From the NCBI GenBank assembly GCA_024641825.1, contig JAHECI010000002.1:12917-53060 (forward strand): a DNA stretch of 40,144 bases, written 5' to 3'. This document shows, one piece after another, positions 27,120-34,623 of this stretch. The notes beneath the pieces were generated by a model. The model ran no database searches and was not told where the DNA came from. It saw only the letters and a list, made by a program, of their open reading frames with translations. Every line of letters starts with the position of its first letter. Positions within the stretch are counted from its first letter, which is position 1. The stretch is from Desulfobacterales bacterium. GTDB lineage: Bacteria; Desulfobacterota; Desulfobacteria; Desulfobacterales; UBA11574. The position numbers and the translations under genes are program-made.

Positions 27120-27949
27120 TATTGCAGAAGTGAATTTAAGATACCCTGAAGTTCCACCGCATTGTTGGAAAAAATCCATTTTACGCCTCTGTTGAGTTCA
27201 CGGATTAAACAGTTTTTAGATTGAACATATCCGGTGCCGACACGGTGTCCGTTCCTGTGATGTTTTTTTAAGATCCGATTTGTTAGAAGAAGATAATGGC
27301 CGGTAATTCCACCATAGAATTTATCTATCGCCAGTTGACTTAGGGCTTTTATATTAAACCGAGCACTTGGAAGAAATGCCGAGGTGGGTACAAAGTCGAT
27401 CGACTGAAACATTTCAGGATGGAGAGAAATAAAATGAAAATCTTTTTGAGGGGACAGCCCCTGAAAAAGATTTTTTAAAACCATGTTCTGATAGGATGGA
27501 TCCGGATATACTTCTTTTTTGATTTCCACCATCAAATGCAAAATTCTTCCGTATTTTTGAATCACTTCTTCAAGGGAAGGAATCCATCTACAGTGGGTTT
27601 TCAACACGTTCAGGGGCACTTGGTTAAGTTCTATCTCGGACCCGAAAACCCTTTGAAGATCGGTGTCGTGGAAGACAACCGGATGTAAATCTTTGGTCCA
27701 GCGTATATCAAACTCTATTCCGCCAACTCCAGCGTTTTTCGCCCGGTCAAAGGCGGGAAGGGTATTTTCAAAAATATCGATGTTATCATGCTCTCCCCGA
27801 TGTGAAATGATGGTGCAATGTTTCAGGTTGTCCTTACGGGGCGGCGGTTGGGGCCAATTTGCATAAAAATGATCGACACTCTGAAGCAAACGTTCTTCAA
27901 ACCAGATGGGGATATCCATGTGTTGCGTCCAGTCACCCATGTTTCGCAT
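27116..27949 (-). CDS. Glycerophosphodiester phosphodiesterase (GDPD family)
   Basis: ISHRGEHDNIDIFENTLPAFDRAKNAGVGGIEFDIRWTKDLHPVVFHD. The start is uncertain among 27949, 27940 and 27919. Confidence 0.85.
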   Translation of the reverse strand: MRNMGDWTQHMDIPIWFEERLLQSVDHFYANWPQPPPRKDNLKHCTIISHRGEHDNIDIFENTLPAFDRAKNAGVGGIEFDIRWTKDLHPVVFHDTDLQRVFGSEIELNQVPLNVLKTHCRWIPSLEEVIQKYGRILHLMVEIKKEVYPDPSYQNMVLKNLFQGLSPQKDFHFISLHPEMFQSIDFVPTSAFLPSARFNIKALSQLAIDKFYGGITGHYLLLTNRILKKHHRNGHRVGTGYVQSKNCLIRELNRGVKWIFSNNAVELQGILNSLLQY

Positions 27950-27960
27950 CCTTGAAAAAA

Positions 27961-28208
27961 GTACGTGTTCAGGGGGGTACGCTCCCCCCTTTCACTCCGG
28001 TGTCTACGTGTCTGGTCCTTTCAAAGACTTAGCAGCGGGGGCATTCCTGCCCCCTCCGCGTTCTCCCGCAAAAAGCATGCGGGAGCCGCGGTCTCCCCCA
28101 CTGCTAAGACATTAAAATGACGAAGCCACTCCGCCAACCCGCCTGCCATGCAAGGCACGAGCGGGCAGGTATCGTTACACGGGGAAGCGTACCCCCCTGA
28201 ACACGAAC
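27961..28208. mobile_element. Family-A MITE-like element (248 bp, about 27-bp terminal inverted repeats, GC-rich structured core)
   Basis: The left end gtacgtgttcaggggggtacgct matches the reverse complement of the right end (gttcgtgttcaggggggtacgct) at 22 of 23 positions. Internal long stems are present, for example cttagcagcggggg ... cccccactgctaag. Confidence 0.7.
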
Positions 28209-28567
28209 GGAAAAAACACTGTCTGGATGGAACAATCCCTCTCAAAGCGCTAAATTATTCCGAAAATATTTATTGAATACATCCAATTAAATAGAATAAA
28301 CTTAGATTTACGTCAAATACTAATCGCTTAATTATGCAGGGGAATACAGAACTTAGTTCGCTTCGCTCACAATTGGAATGATGAAATGATGGAGTAATGG
28401 AATGATGGGTTTGAAGGAGTTTTTAAAATTTAAATAGTTTATTTCTGCTTTTACGCCCAATATTCCAGTATTCCATTCCGATGGCATAAACAGGTTGCCA
28501 TTAAAAAATTGTGGTTTCGACAAGTTGTAGAATTTCCGAGACGTTAAATTAAAGAAAGGATCGAAAA

Positions 28568-29773
28568 TTGATTTCCATCGAGAACATTCAAGAAGCCGCT
28601 GAATCGATAAAAGGAAAAATCATCAGAACACCCCTGGTTCCTTCACCTTCTTTGAGTAAAATGTTCAATGGAGAAATTTACTTGAAATTGGAAAACCTCC
28701 AAAAAACCGGCTCGTTCAAAATTAGGGGGGCCACCCACAGTATTTTGAGAAACCGTGATAAAATCGCCTCCGGCGGCGTCGTGGCGGCATCTGCGGGGAA
28801 TCATGCACAGGGAGTGGCGTTGGCTGCAAAACAAGCCCATGTGCCGGCGACCATCGTAATGCCTGAATGGGCTTCCATCAGCAAGCAGGAAGCAACTCGC
28901 GGCTATGGCGGAGAGGTCGTCATCGCCGGCCAGAGTTTGGGGGAAAGCCTAAAAATAGCCGAGGAAATCGCAGGAAATGACAAGACCTTTATCCATCCCT
29001 TCGATGATCCGGATATTATTGCAGGGCAGGGGACCGTGGCACTGGAAATATTGGAAGATCTTAAAGAAGTGGACTCGATTCTGGTGCCCGTGGGCGGAGG
29101 GGGTCTCATCTCGGGCCTTGCCGTTGCAGCAAAGACGCTTCGGCCCCAAGTAAATATCATCGGGGTTCAATCTGCTGCATGTCCTTCAGCCTATGAATCG
29201 TATCGAAAAGGGAAAATCATCCGGGTGGAATCCGAACCGTCCATCGCAGACGGTATCAACGTTAAGCAGGTGGGTGAACTCAATTTTCATATCATCCGAA
29301 ACTTCGTGGATGATGTGGTTTTGGTGGAAGAAGATCATATTGCAGCCGCCATTCTGTTACTTCTTGAAAGAAAAAAGATTCTTGCGGAAGGTGCCGGCGC
29401 GGTGTCTCTGGGTGCGCTATTGAATGGTTCCGTAACCGTCTCCCGGGGTAGCAGGGTCGTTCTTTTGATTAGCGGGGGCAATGTGGACAGCTCCCTGTTG
29501 GGTCGTATGCTCGGCCAGGGTTTGTTAAAAAACGGCCGGATAATGCGCTTTAGGGTGTGCCTCGACGACATCCCCGGCGCATTGGCAAAATTGCTGGCGT
29601 TGATATCGAGTCTAAAAGCAAATGTGCTTCATGTCCATCACGATCGAAACATAAGGGGGTTGCCGATTTATGATACACGGGTCGATTTGGAGCTGGAAAC
29701 CCGCGGTCCGGCGCATGTCGATGAAATCGCCGGCCGGTTGAATGCGGCCGGCTATGAACTGGAGCTGAGATGA
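28568..29773 (+). CDS. ilvA: Threonine ammonia-lyase (threonine dehydratase) with a C-terminal ACT-like domain
   Basis: PLP-lysine motif SFKIRGA and glycine loop PVGGGGLISG. The C-terminal regulatory domain includes RFRVCLDDIPGALAKL. TTG start at 28568. Confidence 0.9.
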   Translation: MISIENIQEAAESIKGKIIRTPLVPSPSLSKMFNGEIYLKLENLQKTGSFKIRGATHSILRNRDKIASGGVVAASAGNHAQGVALAAKQAHVPATIVMPEWASISKQEATRGYGGEVVIAGQSLGESLKIAEEIAGNDKTFIHPFDDPDIIAGQGTVALEILEDLKEVDSILVPVGGGGLISGLAVAAKTLRPQVNIIGVQSAACPSAYESYRKGKIIRVESEPSIADGINVKQVGELNFHIIRNFVDDVVLVEEDHIAAAILLLLERKKILAEGAGAVSLGALLNGSVTVSRGSRVVLLISGGNVDSSLLGRMLGQGLLKNGRIMRFRVCLDDIPGALAKLLALISSLKANVLHVHHDRNIRGLPIYDTRVDLELETRGPAHVDEIAGRLNAAGYELELR

Positions 29774-29800
29774 GGGAAACGGTATCGACGGCTTTTGACA

Positions 29801-31030
29801 TTAAAGATTTGCCGCCAGTGCAAGCTGATTTTTGTTAAGGGTTAACTTCAGTTCGGATTGGATATACTCAAGATGTTTTTCCAAGAACGGTATGTAAACC
29901 AGCAAATAACTTTTGGGGTTAATGGTCAAATCCCGGAGTTGGTGCACAAACTCTTTTTGAGGTTTTGCAAAGTTGGCGAGGCTGATGGTTAGGCTTTGAA
30001 CTGCCTCCCTGACCGGTAACGTTACCGGATACAGTGGCCCGTCCGGGAGTTTTTCCGCCAGTCTGTCGTGATACTGTGATAGGGTTAAATTCCGCGAAAG
30101 GCGTAAAAAAACCTGGGGTCTGACCTTAAACGCCGGAGACCAGAAGTGGAATTCAATATCCTGCCAGTTTTTTTGAACCGCTTTCGGCAGGTTGGCGATC
30201 TTAGCCAGATCTGCAAAGGTATGGAGTTCTATCCCGGGAATATCCGCTTTTATGCGCCAAAAAGGGAGATAAAGGACGTTTTCTTCTTTTGCCGGGATGA
30301 ATGCAAATTTCAAACTTTTGAGTCTGTTCCCGGCCGGTCTCCACGCCGAGTTGCAGTTTTTACAGGTCAGTACCCAAGCGTTGCGTTGGCCGTGTAAATC
30401 CCACCCGCAAGTGGAGCACAGGGCCGGGGTAAATTGAATGCGCCAGTCTGGACGTCCCCCTGGAAGAAGCATAACATCAAAATCATCCGGGAGCTTAGCG
30501 CCAAGGGGACTGTTTAAGACCGCATCGTATATTTTGTCGTTTGCATAAAAAGGAGAATAGATCATACTGATGGTTTCCCCGATGTGGGATTGATGAAAAA
30601 CAGGATCGGGCAAAGATCTGCTGAATTGCTGGGAAAACGTCTCCACCATGCTTTTTAACGGAAGGGTCGGTTTCAGGAAATATCCCGGAGTTTCCGGTGT
30701 AACGAAACGGAGCACCAAGGCCTGACTCCGCAACCCAACGGAGATAGGATAGTAAGGGGACGCTACCGCCTGATGGCTGACGTCAATAAATCTGTGTTTT
30801 ATGCCGCTTTCCACACAAGAAAAAAGCATTCCTTTAAACCGCCAGTACGGAAAAAACACCAGGCGCTTACTTTTCGGAGCAGAACTGGGCAGCATATAGC
30901 GAAAAACATCTTTGGGAAGCAGGTAGGATCGTACACGACAGTACTCGCAAACAAAAAGTCGGTCGGTTTCTTCGAGGACCGCCGGTGCGCCGCACTGAGG
31001 GCACTGGTATTCAATGCGTAGTCGAGGCAT
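29801..31030 (-). CDS. Internally duplicated zinc-ribbon protein (YdjG-like?), function unknown
   Basis: There are two CxxC-N-CxxC ribbons: CPQCGAP...CEYC and CSTCGWD...CKNC. Each is followed by a similar motif, FFPYWRFKG and YLPFWRIKAD respectively. Last gene of the operon. Confidence 0.6.
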   Translation of the reverse strand: MPRLRIEYQCPQCGAPAVLEETDRLFVCEYCRVRSYLLPKDVFRYMLPSSAPKSKRLVFFPYWRFKGMLFSCVESGIKHRFIDVSHQAVASPYYPISVGLRSQALVLRFVTPETPGYFLKPTLPLKSMVETFSQQFSRSLPDPVFHQSHIGETISMIYSPFYANDKIYDAVLNSPLGAKLPDDFDVMLLPGGRPDWRIQFTPALCSTCGWDLHGQRNAWVLTCKNCNSAWRPAGNRLKSLKFAFIPAKEENVLYLPFWRIKADIPGIELHTFADLAKIANLPKAVQKNWQDIEFHFWSPAFKVRPQVFLRLSRNLTLSQYHDRLAEKLPDGPLYPVTLPVREAVQSLTISLANFAKPQKEFVHQLRDLTINPKSYLLVYIPFLEKHLEYIQSELKLTLNKNQLALAANL

Positions 31031-31085
31031 TTATTTTAAAAAACCGTATCATCATAGAAGTTCTGAAGATGGAATGGATCGGCAC

Positions 31086-32216
31086 CTAAAGCAATTCTCC
31101 ACACTGATTGCAGAAGGTGGATTCGGTTAAATTCTCGCTGTGGCATTTTGAACAGACCTTGGGTTTTGGCTTTTCTTCCGCAGATTGACCACATCGGGAA
31201 CAGAACTTCGCACTGGGCGTAAGATTTTTGCCGCATTTTGTGCATTGCCTGAAGACCAGTTGCTGGTGCCCGCAGAACGGGCAGAACTTGGCTTCCGGGG
31301 GGATCGAATGGCGGCAATCCGGGCATGAAACGTCGTGTCGGACATCGGATTTGCCCGGTCCGGGTTGTGCGCCGGCAAAGTACTGAGAAAACATGGCCGG
31401 CATCATCAGTCCCAGCCCCATTCCCATCCCCGGGCCGGCAGCACCGTCCGCTTCCGAAGCTTTTTCCATGGCCATGGCGGCTTTCATCTGCATTAGTTTG
31501 TTCATATCTTTAAAAACGCCCATTCGGCTTCGGTCGTCAATGGCCTGTTGAACTTCGGGCGGCGGCGTGATGGCATTGATGTACAGGTGGGTCAGTCCAA
31601 GACCAAAATGGCTGAAATCCTTTTGGAGACGCTGGACCATACCTTGGGAAAGTTCTTCGTACTTGGCCGGAAGGTTCAGGATCGAGTCGATGGTCTCTCC
31701 CATATAATCGTTGAATCTGGACACAATGACCCGGTTCAGGTATTCTTCGATTTCCTGGGTGGTGTAGATACCCTGAGTGCCCACGAGGTTGTTGATAAAT
31801 AAAACCGGCTGCATCACCTGGAGGTTGAAAACGCCGAAGGCTCTGAGGCGTATCAGTCCCAGCTCGGAATCCTTGAAGGCCACCGGATCACGGGTCCCCC
31901 ATTTAAGGTTTGTAAACACCTTTAAATTTACGAAATAGACCTCTGCTCTCAAAGGGCTGGTGAGTCCCCAGGGCAGACTGAGAATTTTTGTCAAAATTGG
32001 AATATTGGCGGTCTTGAGGGTATGCCTGCCCGGACCAAATGCATCCAGGGCTTTTCCTTGATAATAAAATACACCGGCCTGGCTTTCCCTGACCGTCATC
32101 TGGGCACCGTATTTGATCTCTCCGGAACCTTTTTGGGGGAGGCGGTGAACAAGTTCTTTGCCGGTATTGTCGAACCATTCCAGGTTTTCCAGAAAAATGA
32201 TATTGTCGGTGCCCAT
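31086..32216 (-). CDS. SPFH/band-7 domain protein with three C-terminal zinc ribbons
   Basis: The N-terminal 290 aa look SPFH-like and are followed by a Gly/Met-rich linker. Three ribbons follow: CPDC..CPFC, CTKC..CSRC and CSKC..CNQC. Confidence 0.8.
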   Translation of the reverse strand: MGTDNIIFLENLEWFDNTGKELVHRLPQKGSGEIKYGAQMTVRESQAGVFYYQGKALDAFGPGRHTLKTANIPILTKILSLPWGLTSPLRAEVYFVNLKVFTNLKWGTRDPVAFKDSELGLIRLRAFGVFNLQVMQPVLFINNLVGTQGIYTTQEIEEYLNRVIVSRFNDYMGETIDSILNLPAKYEELSQGMVQRLQKDFSHFGLGLTHLYINAITPPPEVQQAIDDRSRMGVFKDMNKLMQMKAAMAMEKASEADGAAGPGMGMGLGLMMPAMFSQYFAGAQPGPGKSDVRHDVSCPDCRHSIPPEAKFCPFCGHQQLVFRQCTKCGKNLTPSAKFCSRCGQSAEEKPKPKVCSKCHSENLTESTFCNQCGELL

Positions 32217-32296
32217 AAATTAAACCTCCCATTGGAATGAAAATGTTGTCGTGTGCTGCATCCGGGTCTCTTTTTTACTCGTGGCCGCCCAATAAG

Positions 32297-33613
32297 CTAT
32301 TGAACCTTTTTTAACTTCTCCAACAAGCTTCTGGCGTTTTCAATGTCTTTTTTAGCCTTTATATTCCCGGGATCCAGGGTCAAGGTCGTTTCCCATTCGT
32401 TTATGGCATTTTGCAGCTCCTCGTTGAGAAAATATTTAACCCCTTGAAGATAGTGGATCTCAGCTTGTTTTTTCATGGCATTTTCTGCCGCGGAAAGGGT
32501 TTTTTCGACACATTCATATCCAGGGTCTGCCCGGTTGAGCACGGTTACTGCTTCGGCATATTTTTTGCGGATGAGCAGGCTCTTTCCATTTTGACACAAG
32601 GCGGTATTCAGAATATCTTTGGCCGTCGGGTTCGATGGGTCATGGCTCAAAATATTTTCTGATGCAGCGATTGCCGCTGTATATTTTTTTTCCTTCAAAA
32701 AATTTTCCGCGTCCAACAGTTCTCTTTCAACAACGTCTTGAATCGATTTGTTAACGATTTCAGATTCGGGGGTTATGTTTTTGAACATATTTATGGCTTC
32801 GGGATACTTTTTATCCCGGCTTAACTGGAGCCCCATCTGATAGTAGGCGGAATTTCTTAAATCAACGGCCGTGGGGTTGGCAGGATCGTTCTGTAAGATC
32901 CTTTCGGTGGTACTGGCAACCCTTTCGTAGTGCTTTTTTTTCAACAAACTTTGGGCCTTCAGCAGTTCTACGGGAATATTTAGGGTGGGTCGGATAAGCT
33001 TCGGTGCCAGGATCGGGAGTTTGAGAGGGGTCCCGGGTAAAGGGTCTGTATCGGGTTTAAGATCGTTAAAATAGACGATTAGAAACGTTTCTTCCGGGTT
33101 TTTGTAAAATTTTTCGGAGATGGAAGCTAAGGTATCGTTTTCCAAAACTCGGTAGGGAATATACTCTTTGGGGGGTAGCCTGCTTTGCAGATAATCGAGA
33201 GCTTCTTTATTGTCGGGGTCGTATCTGAGTGCCGTCAGAAAGTGATATTGGGCTTCTTTGAATTGTTTGGATTTATAAAATTTCACCCCTTTTTCGACAT
33301 GCTCGAGGGATTTTTGAACAACCGTCGATTCCAAATGGGATATTTTGTCGGCCATATCCGGGTCGTCCGGACTCAATGCCCCGGCAACCTTGAAATAAAA
33401 AAGTGCAGCTTGCAATTCATCGTTTTTTTCAAACGCCGTTGCCTTTTCAATGTAATCAGAAGAAGAGAAGACATCTTGGCCTCGGGGGGCCTTATCCGAA
33501 GTTTCCTTGGAAATTTTTTCGGTAAAATCCGTGAAAGCTCCCAGCACACCGGCACACCCTGTAACAAAGTACAGAACAATAATCAGGCTTAAAACGTTTA
33601 AGGCATGTCTCAT
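32297..33613 (-). CDS. TPR-repeat lipoprotein with a LysM-like insert
   Basis: Lipobox LYFVTGC. Multiple TPR-like repeats (A..YF..AL..DP.N). LysM-like segment YRVLENDTLASISEKFY...PLKLP. Confidence 0.7.
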   Translation of the reverse strand: MRHALNVLSLIIVLYFVTGCAGVLGAFTDFTEKISKETSDKAPRGQDVFSSSDYIEKATAFEKNDELQAALFYFKVAGALSPDDPDMADKISHLESTVVQKSLEHVEKGVKFYKSKQFKEAQYHFLTALRYDPDNKEALDYLQSRLPPKEYIPYRVLENDTLASISEKFYKNPEETFLIVYFNDLKPDTDPLPGTPLKLPILAPKLIRPTLNIPVELLKAQSLLKKKHYERVASTTERILQNDPANPTAVDLRNSAYYQMGLQLSRDKKYPEAINMFKNITPESEIVNKSIQDVVERELLDAENFLKEKKYTAAIAASENILSHDPSNPTAKDILNTALCQNGKSLLIRKKYAEAVTVLNRADPGYECVEKTLSAAENAMKKQAEIHYLQGVKYFLNEELQNAINEWETTLTLDPGNIKAKKDIENARSLLEKLKKVQ

Positions 33614-34623
33614 TTCAATTCGTTCTTCTGAAAAACGGACAAGTTTTTTTTGAAACTATCCATATCATAATTGCCGTGTATTATCGAGCGGTGGATCCGA
33701 TATTTGTCAACAAAAAATGGATTCGATCCCCGTTCAACGGTGAATGCCGCCCGGTAGCCCTGTTTTTTTAAAATACCAATGATGAGGTCGTTTGTTTCTC
33801 CGTAGGGATACGCGAGATATTTGCATGTCTTTTTCAGTTTTTTCTCCATCAACGTGTTGGGATAATCGATCTCCATGACAAGGGCTTTGAAATATTCTTC
33901 AAAAGACTCGTTCTTTTTTTGGGTGGTCAAGTTCCGGTGGGTTTTGGTTTGGCACTGGATATCAAACCCTTGTTCCGAAAGGGTTTGTATTTGATCCCAG
34001 GACATGGCTTTCCCACCGCCGATAAAATCCGTGTAAATAAAAAAGGTAGCAGGGAAACCATATTTTTTCAATACGGGAAAAGCGATGTCGTAAATAGAGC
34101 CCCAAGCATCGTCAAATGTAATGGCAACCGATTTCTCGGGTATCGGTTCCTTGTAATCGATAAAGTCTAACAATTGATCGAGAGATATGACGTGGAATCC
34201 GTTTTCCTTTAGATATTTCATCTGGGATTCAAAATCGACTTCTGAAACGGTGGCTGTCCCCGAACTGTTTTTGGAAAAATTATGATAAAGCAGTACAGGA
34301 ACCGTCTGAAAACCATTGGTTTTAAGGCCCCCTTTGTGAAGGGGTGACAACGGAATAACCACCGTCCGGTCGGAGGTCAGTGTCTCGATGTTATTGAATT
34401 CGGCGATCAGCCAACCTTTTTTCGGGTCGTTTAAATACTCAGCGGCAAGGGAAGAAAGGGTGTCTTTGTCGGTGGTCTTCACCACAATAAAATCGTCATC
34501 GACAAAGGCGTTTGAATCGTGCTGTTGCTTGGGTGTCCCGGCGGCACACGCTGCAAGAAACAGAAAATAGAGCACAAAAAATTTAAATAAAAGGGGTTTT
34601 TTCCTATTCGCCGGTTTCGGCAT
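33610..34623 (-). CDS. Polysaccharide deacetylase (NodB homology) lipoprotein with an N-terminal LysM-like domain
   Basis: Lipobox FLAACAAG. LysM-like segment FIVVKTTDKDTLSSLAAEYL...VVIPL. NodB motifs VLLYHNF and ITFDDAW. Its stop overlaps the next start (ATGA at 33610-33613). Confidence 0.8.
   Translation of the reverse strand: MPKPANRKKPLLFKFFVLYFLFLAACAAGTPKQQHDSNAFVDDDFIVVKTTDKDTLSSLAAEYLNDPKKGWLIAEFNNIETLTSDRTVVIPLSPLHKGGLKTNGFQTVPVLLYHNFSKNSSGTATVSEVDFESQMKYLKENGFHVISLDQLLDFIDYKEPIPEKSVAITFDDAWGSIYDIAFPVLKKYGFPATFFIYTDFIGGGKAMSWDQIQTLSEQGFDIQCQTKTHRNLTTQKKNESFEEYFKALVMEIDYPNTLMEKKLKKTCKYLAYPYGETNDLIIGILKKQGYRAAFTVERGSNPFFVDKYRIHRSIIHGNYDMDSFKKNLSVFQKNELK

Noticed and set aside
27906-28245. 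ORFs 27906-28115(+) and 28021-28245(-), covering the GC-rich element.
   Set aside because: They are generated by the GC-rich inverted-repeat element. The peptides are Pro/Gly/Ser/Ala-rich and the two overlap each other on opposite strands. A non-coding repeat explains the sequence better.
28374-28412. GGAATGATG short repeats as a CRISPR-like or leader-peptide feature upstream of ilvA.
   Set aside because: The repeats are 9 nt long, contiguous and irregular, with no spacer architecture. The mini-ORFs lack branched-chain amino-acid codon runs.
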